Positions 1 to 11,710 are shown, counted from the stretch's first letter. The stretch: DNA of 64,000 nt from Gammaproteobacteria bacterium (GCA_965222615.1 CBDCUI010000009.1:604264-668263); one strand, 5' to 3'. Notes: generated by a model from the letters alone, not told the origin. Made by a program: numbers and translations.

Positions 1-852
1 CGCTTCATCACGCTCTATATTTTGATGACGATAGATATATTCAACTTCTTTACGTGCCTTTTGCTCTTGTTCACGCAGAGTATTTTTAAGTTTTTCACTC
101 AGTTTTTCGATCACCGGTTCTGCATTGGCATCTTCGGCAATAGTTTTACTTTCCTTAGAGGTTAAAGCCTTAACTAATAAATTGGATATCACCTTAGCTG
201 ATCTTTTTCTTCTTTGAACTAAATCTGCTGTGAGCGCATCGACAGCTCGTAATAAATGAGGTCGCCAATCTTCACTCAGTTCAGCAAAACTTCTCAGTAA
301 AGCCATGCGTTTGCTGGCATCGGCACGCACTGCATCAAACACGCGTACAAGGGCAAAAAATTGATCCAATGCAGTACGCCATTCTTCAACGTAATCGCCT
401 TCACTGATTAAGTTTATTAATGCCATGCGTGGTCGACCTGTCCAACGCAAAATTTCCATTTCTGCTTCGTATTCAGTCCCATAAGGTTTTGAACCATCCA
501 CGACATATAAAATCCCTGCACCATCTAACAAAGGTTGCAGCAATTCGCACTCATCATGAAAGTTTTTATCGTTGCGGTGAGTCTCCACAAATCTTGCTAC
601 GGTTTGTGGTCGATCATCTGCACTGGTACTATTTTTTTCCAACCATGCAAGCACTTTGCGTGGGCGCTGAAAGCCTGGAGTATCAAATAACTCATACAGC
701 ACTTTATTTTTAATGCGCATGGGATACATTTGAGTTTCAACCGTCGTGCCGGGAATATTTGAGATTTGAATATCACTTGTTTCTACTAAAGTAGAAACGA
801 TGCTGCTTTTCCCTTTGTTTGGATGACCGACAACGGCAAACTTCGGAGTCAT
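1..852 (-). CDS. GTPase, DUF3482-like; partial, C-terminus runs off the window's left edge
   Basis: Reverse-strand translation from the ATG at 852-850 gives MTPKFAVVGHPNKGKSSIVSTL (P-loop GxxxxGKS) and a DTPGF G3 motif. The frame stays open to position 1. Its ATG overlaps the stop of the upstream gene (ATGA). Confidence 0.6.
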   Translation of the reverse strand, partial: MTPKFAVVGHPNKGKSSIVSTLVETSDIQISNIPGTTVETQMYPMRIKNKVLYELFDTPGFQRPRKVLAWLEKNSTSADDRPQTVARFVETHRNDKNFHDECELLQPLLDGAGILYVVDGSKPYGTEYEAEMEILRWTGRPRMALINLISEGDYVEEWRTALDQFFALVRVFDAVRADASKRMALLRSFAELSEDWRPHLLRAVDALTADLVQRRKRSAKVISNLLVKALTSKESKTIAEDANAEPVIEKLSEKLKNTLREQEQKARKEVEYIYRHQNIERDEA

Positions 853-2270
853 ATCACATATACCTTTGGATCCTGCAACTTTTCTATACTATGTCGCCAA
901 ATTTCTACATCGGTTGCATCAGGTAACTCATTATTTGCAGAGATAGGCTGAATAGAGATTGAAACTTCGCTACCGAATTTTGTCCGCAATATTTGAATAA
1001 AGTCATGAAATTCCAATAAAGGCGGCTCCCATGCCTTGGTAATAATATGGATTTTCCCGGTTTCATTAACATCAATTTGTCTTATTACCTCACTATCAAT
1101 TTGTAAATCACCATCGCCACTCACTTCGATAATATTTTTATGCTGTAAGTCTTTATTACTTGACCTTGCACTATTCCATAAAATAATGGCATCAGCAGAT
1201 TGAAAATCGAAGGTAGAAGCACTTGTAGTAGTTTGCCTTTCCGCACTAACAATGGGTGCTTGCTCCTGACCTGACCCGATAGGCGCATCAAATCGATCCA
1301 ATAAAGCTGTTACCTCTGAGTGTTGCATCAACATTTCTTGTATCGCCTTTTTATAATTAAAATTGGCAACCCATGTGGCGAGAACTCTAAAACCGATGCC
1401 ATAAACTAATAAACACATGGCGATGAACTTCCACCAACCTGTCAAAGTTTGCGCAGATAACTCACTTGTTCCATTAGCCAATCTAAAATAGCGTGACTGC
1501 TCTATTAAAGAAGTTGAAGGCACAGCTTCAGGAAACCATGTTACCCATGGCCACGCCAATGCTTGCACCCAAGGAGATAAAGTTGAGGCTTCAATATCTA
1601 AAGTAGTACTCCAACCAAATGCCAAATCGCTAAAACTCACTCTTGCCAGCAAGGTCAACAATGCAGCAATAGCCAGTGCCATGCCAAATTGTTGCGAATA
1701 CAATAATAGCCTCCAGCGTAGTAATTTATCTTTAGCTGCATCACTACGACTAGATGAGAAAAACGCTTCTAAGACAGGACTTTTTTTCTTTAAAAAAGAA
1801 AACACCATACTGCCGGCATTAAGGCCACTCACAACGCTGTTACTATTTAGCAATGGCAAAATTAAAGAAACAAAAAACAGTAATAATGGCAGCAGCACTA
1901 GAAAGATTAGTAACACTAAAACATTAATAGGTTGGCTACCGTCGTAATATAAAAGCGCGCTTGCTAATGCTAGACCCGTAAAAAATCCGATTAAGATTAC
2001 GATCCAACTCACACGCTTAAAGAAAGATGCCAGCTCTTGACCAGAACTTTGAGCGTCCGTTTTTGGCTGAATCTGCCTCCACCAATGCAACACGCGTTGG
2101 TAGGGTTGCTGGAATAAAATTCCGGATTGACTGGCTATTTGCTGATCCCGCTGTACACGCGTTTGCCAAGCGTTGCTGCGGTCTTGCTCCAACCAGACGG
2201 GAATATCTATGGCATTAGAAAGTAATGTTTTACGCTCTACCATATCCCTATTCTTCTTTATGTGCTCCAA
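849..2270 (-). CDS. Polytopic membrane protein, DUF2868-like, translationally coupled to the downstream GTPase
   Basis: 473-aa ORF with several long hydrophobic segments. It sits in the arrangement typical of DUF2868/DUF3482 gene pairs. The family assignment is from memory. Confidence 0.45.
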   Translation of the reverse strand: MEHIKKNRDMVERKTLLSNAIDIPVWLEQDRSNAWQTRVQRDQQIASQSGILFQQPYQRVLHWWRQIQPKTDAQSSGQELASFFKRVSWIVILIGFFTGLALASALLYYDGSQPINVLVLLIFLVLLPLLLFFVSLILPLLNSNSVVSGLNAGSMVFSFLKKKSPVLEAFFSSSRSDAAKDKLLRWRLLLYSQQFGMALAIAALLTLLARVSFSDLAFGWSTTLDIEASTLSPWVQALAWPWVTWFPEAVPSTSLIEQSRYFRLANGTSELSAQTLTGWWKFIAMCLLVYGIGFRVLATWVANFNYKKAIQEMLMQHSEVTALLDRFDAPIGSGQEQAPIVSAERQTTTSASTFDFQSADAIILWNSARSSNKDLQHKNIIEVSGDGDLQIDSEVIRQIDVNETGKIHIITKAWEPPLLEFHDFIQILRTKFGSEVSISIQPISANNELPDATDVEIWRHSIEKLQDPKVYVI

Positions 2271-2502
2271 TTTGGCTATTACCCATCACTTTAAGTTTGT
2301 GCATTACCCCGTCCGCTCTATTGCAGCATTCTAATAGATAAGACAGAATTCGCGCCTTTTGCAGTTTCAGAAGCAATTTTGGTGACGAATGGATAGAAAT
2401 TGAGCTGTCTTGTTGCGCACAATGAAGTAGACTTGCCAGCCTTATAATATACCTTATATAAGCTCCAGAACTAACTGAATATATTATATAAAGATAACTG
2501 AT

Positions 2503-4590
2503 ATGAGTAATTTAGATACCTACAGAAATATTGGCATTTTTGCGCACGTGGATGCAGGCAAAACAACTACCACTGAACGCATCCTCAGCCTCACTGGCAA
2601 AATTCACAAAATTGGTGAAGTACACGATGGCGAAGCCACAACCGACTTTATGGATCAAGAACGTGAACGCGGGATTACAATTCAGTCTGCAGCGACTAGT
2701 GCAGTTTGGAATGATCACCGTCTCAACATCATCGATACCCCTGGGCACGTAGACTTTACTATCGAGGTATACCGCTCCTTAAAAGTTCTGGATGGCGGGG
2801 TTGGAGTATTTTGTGGTTCAGGTGGAGTAGAGCCTCAGTCAGAAACCAATTGGCGCTATGCCAATGATTCCAAAGTCGCTCGCATTATTTTTGTTAATAA
2901 ATTAGATCGACTCGGTGCTGATTTTTATCGTGTTGTAGGCCAAATCAAAGATGTATTAGGGGCCAAGCCCTTAGTCATGACTCTTCCAATTGGAACAGAA
3001 GATAACTTCACAGGTGTTGTGGATCTACTGACTCGCAAGGCATGGATATGGGACGGCTCAGATGATCCCATGAAGTACAAGATCGAAGATGTGCCGGCAA
3101 ACATGGTCGACAAAGTCGAACAGTACCGGGAAGAGCTGGTTGAAATGGCACTCGAGCATGATGATGATGCCATGGAAAAATATTTGGATGGCGAAGAACC
3201 TGATATTGATACGCTTAAAGCCTGTATACGCAAAGGCACTATAGCCCTAGACTTTTTCCCAACCTATTGTGGTTCGGCATTTAAGAATAAAGGCATTCAA
3301 TTGGTATTAGATGCCGTCGTGGAATTCTTACCAGATCCAACTGAAGTGGATCCACAGCCTGAAGTGGATTTAGAAGGCAATGAAACAGGCAACTTTGCTG
3401 AAGTGGACCCAAACAAACCGATGCGCGCCTTGGCTTTTAAAATAATGGACGACCGTTATGGCGCTCTTACTTTTATACGTATTTATTCGGGCAAAATTGA
3501 AAAAGGCATGACTGTACTAAATACCTTCACGGGAAAAACCGAACGCATTGGTCGAATTGTAGAAATGCATGCAGATTCACGTGAGGAACTCAATTCCGCA
3601 CAGGCAGGTGATATTGTTGCTGTGCTTGGTATGAAAAATGTGCAAACTGGCCATACCTTATGTGATCAGAACTCACCCGCAACATTAGAACCCATGGTAT
3701 TCCCCGATCCAGTAATCTCCATGGCGGTATCACCTAAAGACAAAGGTGCTTCAGAAAAGATGGGGATAGCCTTAAGCAAAATGGTTGCAGAAGATCCTTC
3801 TTTTCATGTTGCGACCGATGAAGACAGCGGTGAAACTATTCTTAAAGGCATGGGCGAACTGCACTTAGATATCAAAATCGATATTCTAAAACGCACACAT
3901 AATGTAGAAGTAATTGCAGGGGCACCTCAAGTCGCATACCGTGAAACCATCACGCAACGTATCGAAGACAGTTACACACATAAGAAACAATCTGGTGGTG
4001 CAGGACAATTCGGAAAAATTGACTATGTGCTTGAGCCTGGAGAAGTGGGCAGTGGTTATCAATTTGAATCTAAAGTTACAGGCGGTAATGTACCGCGCGA
4101 ATATTGGCCAGCTATCGAAAAAGGCTTTGGCAATATGATGGAAGTCGGTGTCCTGGCGGGCTACCCCTGTCTTGATGTTAAAGTTACTTTAATGGATGGA
4201 GCGTTTCATGCAGTGGACTCCTCAGCGATTGCATTTGAACTTGCTTCCAAAGCGGCTTATCGGCAATCCATGCCCAAAGCAGCCCCACAAATTCTAGAAC
4301 CTATTATGAAAGTGGATGTATTTACTCCGGAAGATCATGTCGGTGATGTGATCGGTGACCTCAATCGACGCCGTGGCATGATCAAATCCCAGGATGCCGG
4401 TACAACTGGCACGCGAGTAAAAGCGGATGTGCCTTTAGCCGAAATGTTTGGTTATATTGGTGACCTGCGCACGATGACTTCAGGACGCGGACAGTTTTCT
4501 ATGGAATTTTCACATTATCTACCCTGCCCTAAAAATGTAGCTGATGAAGTAATCAAAGAAGCAAAAGAGCGCGCAGAAGCGAAATCATAA
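2503..4590 (+). CDS. fusA: Elongation factor G, a stand-alone paralog
   Basis: N-terminus [31 protein letters not shown], and the full five-domain length (695 aa). There is no rpsL/rpsG/tuf context, so this is probably a second EF-G copy. Confidence 0.9.
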   Translation: MSNLDTYRNIGIFAHVDAGKTTTTERILSLTGKIHKIGEVHDGEATTDFMDQERERGITIQSAATSAVWNDHRLNIIDTPGHVDFTIEVYRSLKVLDGGVGVFCGSGGVEPQSETNWRYANDSKVARIIFVNKLDRLGADFYRVVGQIKDVLGAKPLVMTLPIGTEDNFTGVVDLLTRKAWIWDGSDDPMKYKIEDVPANMVDKVEQYREELVEMALEHDDDAMEKYLDGEEPDIDTLKACIRKGTIALDFFPTYCGSAFKNKGIQLVLDAVVEFLPDPTEVDPQPEVDLEGNETGNFAEVDPNKPMRALAFKIMDDRYGALTFIRIYSGKIEKGMTVLNTFTGKTERIGRIVEMHADSREELNSAQAGDIVAVLGMKNVQTGHTLCDQNSPATLEPMVFPDPVISMAVSPKDKGASEKMGIALSKMVAEDPSFHVATDEDSGETILKGMGELHLDIKIDILKRTHNVEVIAGAPQVAYRETITQRIEDSYTHKKQSGGAGQFGKIDYVLEPGEVGSGYQFESKVTGGNVPREYWPAIEKGFGNMMEVGVLAGYPCLDVKVTLMDGAFHAVDSSAIAFELASKAAYRQSMPKAAPQILEPIMKVDVFTPEDHVGDVIGDLNRRRGMIKSQDAGTTGTRVKADVPLAEMFGYIGDLRTMTSGRGQFSMEFSHYLPCPKNVADEVIKEAKERAEAKS

Positions 4591-4988
4591 TAAAGACTAA
4601 GCTTTCAGCATCGATACCAAGAGTTCATGAGCATTCTCTAAAGATTGCACAAGTTTATGTTTTAGCTTAGAAAACTAAATGCAAATAGAGCAGTGCAGCC
4701 GCCTTTTGGTGCATTTAGTAAGAAGCAAATATTTTTTGTAACCAACTGGCATATGGTTTCGGACAGAAATTTTGAAACCAACAAACCCGTAAATACCGAA
4801 ACCTGTGCCCTGACTGGTGAATTCATTATTCTCGGTCATAGCAAACAGAGTCATATTTCACACCAGCCTTATGAATTCTCCACTGATCTTTATGATAAAA
4901 GCGGCAATAACACTTGGTGGGAACATTCCGTTTATGGAAGCAAAGTGGACGTAGTTGCCATCCTAGAAACTAAAATAAGTAATCGCTC

Positions 4989-5537
4989 TTATTCTTCTTC
5001 ATCCAGCACACCAAAAAGTTGATGATATATGGCCACGCTAATATGTATTGCAAATAATGGATAGATGATGATTGATAGGGCGTAGTGAATTCCATTAGAT
5101 GCTTCATATAAGAATTCATTATTATCCATAAACGCCGGAATCTTAAAGAAACTGAAAAATGGGATATCATGCCCCGCAAAGAATAAATTACACAACCCAC
5201 AGAGACTCTGTGTTACAACCACAAAGTAAATCATTCTGTGCAAGAATATCGCTGCAAATTTTTGCCAATCAGGAAGACTGTAGGATGGAACGGGATTCAG
5301 ATTCGTAGCACGCCAGCAGACCCTGAAAGACATCACTAACAGGAATAGTAAACCCCAGGAGGCGTGCTGCTCTATAAGGGTAGTTTTGTTTGAGCCTTCC
5401 TGAAGACCTTCAAAGTCATTGGCAGTAACTATCAATATCACCAACAATATAACACTTGTCCAGTGTAAAATGCGGCCACCAAGCCCGTACTGGGTTCGGG
5501 TATTTCTGAACTTGATTGGCATACAATATGAAAGCAC
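4989..5537 (-). CDS. Cytochrome b561 family protein
   Basis: RILHWTSVILLVIL motif, four predicted TM helices with conserved His, and a size (about 180 aa) typical of CybB-like proteins. Confidence 0.55.
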   Translation of the reverse strand: MLSYCMPIKFRNTRTQYGLGGRILHWTSVILLVILIVTANDFEGLQEGSNKTTLIEQHASWGLLFLLVMSFRVCWRATNLNPVPSYSLPDWQKFAAIFLHRMIYFVVVTQSLCGLCNLFFAGHDIPFFSFFKIPAFMDNNEFLYEASNGIHYALSIIIYPLFAIHISVAIYHQLFGVLDEEE

Positions 5538-5636
5538 TCAGAGATTAGAGCTAAAATTTCACTCAGCCTGTTTCTTTTAATTACTCAAATTCTCTGCAAT
5601 AAACTACTGATACTTTCTTGCAAGATCCCTACTCAT

Positions 5637-6095
5637 TTAATTACTGTGTTTGATAGTCGATCTTAAAATCAATATAGATCCCCTCCCAAACCCATAAGTA
5701 GTTACTATAAGACTAGTATACAAATACACATCGAATACTGAATTGCCGATTGAATCAGGTGCAAAAGACTCTGATAAAGGATCAGTGGAGGGAAAAACTG
5801 CGAATATAAAAAACAAACTGGAATTGGTGAAGGCACCAACGACCATGGCCCAACGCACATGCCATGGTAAGGGAACGCGTGTCGCAAAGAAACCAAGGAT
5901 TAATGCACTCATCAGTAAAAAATCGATATGTGCCTGTAATACACGACGAGGACTGCCTGAAAAAATCTCTTTTAGAAATCCGATATCATTATAAATACCA
6001 ACCAGACTCCAGGCCAAAATCAAAGCCATCAATATCCACAAACAGGCACCTCGAAGCATAACGACATTGCCGTTATTATTATCGCTCTGTAGCAT
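5637..6095 (-). CDS. Hypothetical membrane protein
   Basis: ORF with 3-4 hydrophobic helices. No recognisable motif. Confidence 0.35.
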   Translation of the reverse strand: MLQSDNNNGNVVMLRGACLWILMALILAWSLVGIYNDIGFLKEIFSGSPRRVLQAHIDFLLMSALILGFFATRVPLPWHVRWAMVVGAFTNSSLFFIFAVFPSTDPLSESFAPDSIGNSVFDVYLYTSLIVTTYGFGRGSILILRSTIKHSN

Positions 6096-6198
6096 AATTT
6101 CCCCATACTATTGCTGTGGTGTGACATATTATCCTGCAATAAGGCAAACCAAACTTTGCTTGGTAGGTGGTATTTTTTGACAAGATAGGTGATTAATA

Positions 6199-7218
6199 AT
6201 GAAACAATCGACATTGGCCAATGCAACCGGCTTTAAGATCGATCCAACGGATAACTTGAGACGACTGGGCGGGCTGCGCTATACAACACAGGATCATCCA
6301 GCAGAACATCGCTTGGAATGGTTAACAGAAGTAATTGGAAAAGAATGGGCCGATGTTGAGATTATACCGCCCAAAGATAACAATATATTTAACGACATTT
6401 TGATTTATCCTTGGCGAAATGGGATGCGCCTGTCACCCATCCGTTCTAACCCAGTTTGTCTTTCTCGTATGCGTGAACCTATTAAGTCAACACATGATTG
6501 TTATAACGTGATCTTACTAACATCAGGCCAATACAAACTGGAGCAAAGTGGACGCGAAGTTTTTCTGAAGCCAGGTGAATTAACACTATACGATGTCACT
6601 CAACCTCATCGCATTACCATACCAGACCAATTTTCTAAAATATTGATTTCGATACCACGATCTATATTGCGACATAGAGTTACAAATATAAATGATCTGA
6701 AGGCAACTCGTATTTCTACGAATCAAGGTATTGGTGCTGTTGTCGCATCCTTTATTTACTCAGTAGTCAATCAGTTGCATATGCTTGATCAAGGTCAATA
6801 CATGGAATTAGCGGATCATGTTGTGGAATTATTTGCCTTGTCAACCACTTCACTTAATGATCAGTGTGGGTCAATTAGACTACACAGTAGTTTGGTATTA
6901 ATGCGTGTGAAAGCGTACATCCATCATCATCTGGGTGATTCTGAGCTTGATTCTTCTAGAATTGCTGGTGGTGTTGGCTTATCTGTCAGATATCTTAACA
7001 ACTTGTTTAGTAAAGAAAGTACCTCATTAATGCAATATGTAACGCAACAACGACTGGAATTAAGTCGACGATATTTAGCAAAGCGTATTTATGAAAAAGA
7101 ATCGATAACGACTATCGCTATGCGCTGTGGATTTAATAACATGGCACATTTCAGTCGTGTTTTTAAACAGGCCTATGGACTATCACCACGCGCGTATCGT
7201 CAAGCAAAAATGGATTAA
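6199..7218 (+). CDS. AraC family transcriptional regulator
   Basis: C-terminal AraC-type HTH (IAMRCGFNNMAHFSRVFKQAYGLSPRAYRQ). Confidence 0.8.
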   Translation: MKQSTLANATGFKIDPTDNLRRLGGLRYTTQDHPAEHRLEWLTEVIGKEWADVEIIPPKDNNIFNDILIYPWRNGMRLSPIRSNPVCLSRMREPIKSTHDCYNVILLTSGQYKLEQSGREVFLKPGELTLYDVTQPHRITIPDQFSKILISIPRSILRHRVTNINDLKATRISTNQGIGAVVASFIYSVVNQLHMLDQGQYMELADHVVELFALSTTSLNDQCGSIRLHSSLVLMRVKAYIHHHLGDSELDSSRIAGGVGLSVRYLNNLFSKESTSLMQYVTQQRLELSRRYLAKRIYEKESITTIAMRCGFNNMAHFSRVFKQAYGLSPRAYRQAKMD

Positions 7219-7347
7219 TTTAATGAAATTAATGCGCTCGTTAAACTGAGCACACTTCAAAGATTCAATTTCACTAGCAGTAATATTGCCATCTGCATGT
7301 ATTACATCTATGGCAGTCCGAGTACAAGCACCCTTTTTTATGTCTTA

Positions 7348-7956
7348 CTACTTGACCAATCCGTTTATCTTCGCAAAAGGATCCCAATTAGCTTCACTAT
7401 GCCACTCATATTCGGTCCAAATTGCAATTTCTTCTGCAGCTTCGCGCCCCAAAATTTTTGCAATCACCGCTAATGACATATCTATGCCTGCAGACACGCC
7501 AGAAGATGTAAAAAACTTACCGTCCTCTACCCAACGTGCTTCCTTCTTCCATTTAACTTTGTCGCTTTGCGAAGTAGCCCACTCATATGCCCGTTTGTTC
7601 GTTGTCGCATGAATCCCATCCAATATCCCGGCTTTTGCTAGAAGTGCACTACCTGTACACACCGATGTGACATATTCTGATTTCGCTGACTGGATCCGAA
7701 GCCAATCGAGCAATATTTCATTATCAACTTCTGCGCGTGTACCTTTCCCCCCGGGTACAAGCAAGATGTCAAACTCATGTTCGTCATCCAATTTATAATC
7801 GGCGACCGACTTAGGCCCTTGACGGCTTGCTACTTCGCCTAATTTTTCTGCGATCATGCAAATTTCAAAACTCTCGGGAACCACTCCGTACATCTCCAGC
7901 GGTCCGAACACATCTAATAGCTCAAATTCATGGAAGAGGATGACACCTATTTTCAT
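7348..7956 (-). CDS. DJ-1/PfpI family protein (class I glutamine amidotransferase-like)
   Basis: MKIGVILFHEFELLDVFGP at the N-terminus and a nucleophile-elbow Cys (TSVCTGSALLA). About 200 aa. Confidence 0.75.
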   Translation of the reverse strand: MKIGVILFHEFELLDVFGPLEMYGVVPESFEICMIAEKLGEVASRQGPKSVADYKLDDEHEFDILLVPGGKGTRAEVDNEILLDWLRIQSAKSEYVTSVCTGSALLAKAGILDGIHATTNKRAYEWATSQSDKVKWKKEARWVEDGKFFTSSGVSAGIDMSLAVIAKILGREAAEEIAIWTEYEWHSEANWDPFAKINGLVK

Positions 7957-8266
7957 TTAAAAATATTTATATCGTTAGTTAAATCTTTATCTTCACATAT
8001 ACGCAATTTCTCATTTAAACTAGCAGGCACTTTTCACACTAAGGCAAAACGTCTAACAAAGTAAGTTGTTAGCACAATAGTGAATCATGGTCTTAATATT
8101 CTCCATGTTCTTCACAATGCAAGCAGTTTAAAAACAGATGCTTTCTTCCATAATTCAAATACACCTAACGGTTGAATTCAGCGGGGTGCATTAGCGACCC
8201 ACTGCGGTGGCTTGTTATAAGCCATTTTCACTATTACCCGCACACTTAATTTAATTTTTCTTTTAA

Positions 8267-9010
8267 TCATTGGCTTCTTTGGTTGTTCTTAATAATTTCT
8301 CCCTGAATTGGCTCACCACGTTCGACAAATTTTCCATTAGCATAGTAATTCTGAAACTGCGCAGGAAGTCCTTCGCCATCGAGCCAATTAGGGGTAGTTT
8401 GTAAATGATAATGTAGGTGGGGTAAGTTGGAATGCCCACTATTGCCGCATTGTCCAATGGGATCTCCAGCCCTCACTTTGTCACCTTGCTTTACTAAAAC
8501 TGAATCTTTCTTGAAATGTGCAAGCATAGAGAACTCCCCATTGAGATGATCAATGACGACATAATTACCTGGAATATCTTTTGTATTCTTTTTCCCAGGT
8601 ATATTATCGAAAACTCCATCCTTTGTATCGACTACGACTCCATCTCCTGGAGCAATGATCTGTCTGCCAAAGCAATAGTGATTTTCGTTCTTTTTATAAT
8701 CATTACCTCGGTAAATTTCTAATTTTCCGGAAAGTGCTTTTTCAACTATTCCTTCAAGCTCAGGCGGAGAAGCGCCGGGAGCCGGCGCTACAATATCGAT
8801 TGCGAACCTTTGGTCAACAACGTAAATATGATTCGGGTTTTGTTCTATTGTTCTCCCCCCGGTGCCTATGAGAGATTCACCCGTTAACGGAAAAATTAAA
8901 TCTGTTTTTGTTTGGTAGTCGAGATAGCTGGTTGGTGCAGGCTTAATTACGCAGCCAAAAAAAGCTATGCTACCAATCAATAACCCCAATCGTTCAATTA
9001 ACTTTTTCAT
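8267..9010 (-). CDS. M23 family metallopeptidase lipoprotein
   Basis: Lipoprotein signal (IAFFGC) and M23 motifs (HxxxD ... GNSGHSNLPHLHYHL). Confidence 0.8.
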   Translation of the reverse strand: MKKLIERLGLLIGSIAFFGCVIKPAPTSYLDYQTKTDLIFPLTGESLIGTGGRTIEQNPNHIYVVDQRFAIDIVAPAPGASPPELEGIVEKALSGKLEIYRGNDYKKNENHYCFGRQIIAPGDGVVVDTKDGVFDNIPGKKNTKDIPGNYVVIDHLNGEFSMLAHFKKDSVLVKQGDKVRAGDPIGQCGNSGHSNLPHLHYHLQTTPNWLDGEGLPAQFQNYYANGKFVERGEPIQGEIIKNNQRSQ

Positions 9011-9077
9011 TGTGTTACATTTTACGTATAACGGTTGAATTCAGCCGGCTGCGTTAACGGTCGGCTAGAATGATTTG

Positions 9078-9437
9078 TTAGGCATTACTACCAAGAAGTT
9101 GATAAAACGAAAGTAGATTGCCAAACGGGTCACTAAACTCAAAATAATGGATTGTTTCTGGCACCGTTTCTATTTGCCCAGCATCTCTTCCAAGACTCAA
9201 AACTAACTCATGACTAAGCTCGATATTTTCGGTTTCAAGATTTAAACTTTTAGAACTGGATTCCTTAGTTTCCACCTCAAAAAGCTGTAACCAGAATGAA
9301 GGCATTACTTTCATTTCTATAATACCCTCCATTGGGCTTACTTCCTCAAGCTCGCCCAGTAGTTTACGATACCACTCAACAGCTCGATTTAGATCGGTGA
9401 CAGGTAAGCCGATAGTTATACTATTAATTTTCATCAT
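9078..9437 (-). CDS. VOC (glyoxalase/bleomycin-resistance) family protein
   Basis: ITIGLPVTDLNRAVEWYRKLLG beta-alpha-beta-beta-beta module start. About 120 aa. Confidence 0.55.
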   Translation of the reverse strand: MMKINSITIGLPVTDLNRAVEWYRKLLGELEEVSPMEGIIEMKVMPSFWLQLFEVETKESSSKSLNLETENIELSHELVLSLGRDAGQIETVPETIHYFEFSDPFGNLLSFYQLLGSNA

Positions 9438-9650
9438 TAGTCCCCCTAGAGAAATTGATGCCTAATGGCTGAGCTAACGGGTGTTGAGTACTATCGCGTG
9501 AAGTGTCAGATTAGGTGATTTTAATAAAATCATATTTATTTTTTTGGAATTAATAAACTACCTTAGGTATAAACATCCTAAGTATACCAGTCATCAGATA
9601 TTGTCATATTAGTAAAGACATCAAATTAGTATTTAAGTATTGTAACTACA

Positions 9651-10175
9651 ATGAATAATCAGCCTGTAACAATGATGGGTGTACTTGCTTTTTTGTGGGG
9701 TATAGCTGGATTAATTTTATTACTCGGTTTTGCCAGTTGGCGCTTGTCTGCGTATACGATTGAATCTTTTTCAATGCCTTTAAATTGGATACATTGGATT
9801 GTATTCTTAGGCTTTAGCATTTTCATGGCGCATAGTGAAGGTTATAAAGGATTTCAAAAAAAGTTTTCGCCTCGCTTTGCCGCCCGCTGCAAATATTTGT
9901 TGCACAACACCAACCTATTACAACTGTTATTGGCTCCACTTTTTTGCATGGGCTTCTTCCATGCACCAAAAAAGCGTGTCATCGCAACATTTGCTTTGAC
10001 CATTATGATTATTATTTTCATTCTCACCTTTCGCTTAATTCCTCAACCATGGAAAGGACTTCTCGATGCCGGCGTTGTAATTGGACTCATTTGGGGAATA
10101 CTTTCTAGTTTATACTATTGTTTTAAAGCATTTACCGACAATAATTTTGAATGGGATGCAGAAATTTCTGTCTAA
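9651..10175 (+). CDS. Hypothetical integral membrane protein
   Basis: Four or five hydrophobic helices. No motif. Confidence 0.4.
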   Translation: MNNQPVTMMGVLAFLWGIAGLILLLGFASWRLSAYTIESFSMPLNWIHWIVFLGFSIFMAHSEGYKGFQKKFSPRFAARCKYLLHNTNLLQLLLAPLFCMGFFHAPKKRVIATFALTIMIIIFILTFRLIPQPWKGLLDAGVVIGLIWGILSSLYYCFKAFTDNNFEWDAEISV

Positions 10176-10207
10176 ATAAAAACTAATTTCTTGACGGAGG
10201 ATACTTT

Positions 10208-10510
10208 ATGTTCATCGCAATGAATCGATTTAAAATCATACCTGGATGCGAAGATGATTTTTTAGAAATTTGGAAAAATCGAGAAACCTTTCTTGATGAA
10301 GTACAGGGGTTTAAGGAATTCCATCTTTTAAGTGGGCCTACAACAGACGAATATAGTCTATTTGCTTCACACTCCATTTGGGAATCCAAACAAGCTTTTG
10401 AAAACTGGACTAAATCTGAAGCATTTCGCAAAGCCCATGCTAATGCTGGAGATGCTAAGCCTGTTTATTTGGGTAAACCAGAATTTGAAGGCTTTGAGGT
10501 AGTTCTTTAA
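10208..10510 (+). CDS. Antibiotic-biosynthesis-monooxygenase (ABM) domain protein
   Basis: 100-aa ferredoxin-like ABM pattern (NRFKIIPGCEDDFLEIWKNRETFLDEVQGFKEFHLL). Confidence 0.55.
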   Translation: MFIAMNRFKIIPGCEDDFLEIWKNRETFLDEVQGFKEFHLLSGPTTDEYSLFASHSIWESKQAFENWTKSEAFRKAHANAGDAKPVYLGKPEFEGFEVVL

Positions 10511-10524
10511 TTTAAATCTGCACG

Positions 10525-11703
10525 ATGTTTTTAAAGAAATTAGTTTATTTATGCATACTTTTTATTGTATGCCAAATAAGCTTAGGCGCTAGCTCGCTTG
10601 AAAACTTAAAATCATTACCCTCTTCATCGCTTTTAGTTATCGATGAGAAAAAACAAACTATCCACGCTAAAGATATTCATAAACTGTATATACCGGCTTC
10701 GACTGTAAAGATCCTAACCGCATTAGTTGCATTAGAACACTGGGGCAAGGAGCATCGATTTACAACTGATTTTTTCACCGATACAAAAGCTAATCATTTA
10801 TGGGTTCGTGGTTATGGAGATCCATATTTAATTTCCGAAGAGTTAGACGTAATTGTCGAAAAACTAAAACAGGCAGACATTAGTGAATTAGAAGGGATTG
10901 GCGTTGATAGCACCTACTTTAGCAAAACAATTAAAATAGATGGACAAGGAAAATCACTCAACCCCTATGACGCATCACTGAGTGCGGTAGCAGCAAACTT
11001 TAATACTATAAACGTAAGTGTCTATACCGATTCAATCAGCAGTAGTGAACCGCAAACACCATTAACACCACTTGCCGAAGAACTTGCACAAGGGTTATCT
11101 GTTGGTACACATCGAATAAATCTTGGCGATGTAGAATATGGCCCTAAGTATTTCGCTGAATTACTCAAGTCGAAACTGAACCGTGCTGGAATTCCCACTA
11201 ATGATGTTTTTATAAGTGGTCAAATTTCAAATGACTTGCAACTATTATTCAAGCATCAAAATACTCATACATTAGAACAAGTCATTGCATCAATGCTGAA
11301 ATTTTCGAATAATTTTATTGCTAATCAACTTTATTTAATGCTTGGGGCTGAAGTCCACGATGCCCCAGCTACTATTGAAAAATCACAACTCGTTTTCGCA
11401 GATTATATTAAGCAAAATTTTTCTTGGAGCAAGTATATGCTTGTTGAAGGAGCAGGACTATCAAGGTTAAATCAATTAAGCTCCAAACAATTGATTGATA
11501 TATTAGAACGCTTTAAAACTTATCGTAATTTATTACCTACTCAATCTGAAAAGATTTTTGCGAAATCAGGAACGCTCAAAGATGTAAGTACCTATGCAGG
11601 CTATTTAAATCATCAAAATGAATGGCATAGTTTTGCATTGATGATTAATCAAAAAGTACCATTTCACTTTAGAGAACAAGTTGCGGTTGAACTGCTTGAG
11701 TGA
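10525..11703 (+). CDS. dacB: D-alanyl-D-alanine carboxypeptidase/endopeptidase, PBP4 (peptidase S13) family
   Basis: Signal peptide; STxK (PASTVK), SxN (FSNNF) and KSG (KSGTL) active-site motifs in the expected order. At 392 aa it is shorter than E. coli PBP4. Confidence 0.7.
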   Translation: MFLKKLVYLCILFIVCQISLGASSLENLKSLPSSSLLVIDEKKQTIHAKDIHKLYIPASTVKILTALVALEHWGKEHRFTTDFFTDTKANHLWVRGYGDPYLISEELDVIVEKLKQADISELEGIGVDSTYFSKTIKIDGQGKSLNPYDASLSAVAANFNTINVSVYTDSISSSEPQTPLTPLAEELAQGLSVGTHRINLGDVEYGPKYFAELLKSKLNRAGIPTNDVFISGQISNDLQLLFKHQNTHTLEQVIASMLKFSNNFIANQLYLMLGAEVHDAPATIEKSQLVFADYIKQNFSWSKYMLVEGAGLSRLNQLSSKQLIDILERFKTYRNLLPTQSEKIFAKSGTLKDVSTYAGYLNHQNEWHSFALMINQKVPFHFREQVAVELLE

Positions 11704-11710
11704 TTTATTT

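Noticed and set aside
420-713. 97-aa plus-strand ORF at the window start.
   Set aside because: It lies antisense within the P-loop GTPase gene, whose reading frame is continuous and motif-bearing.
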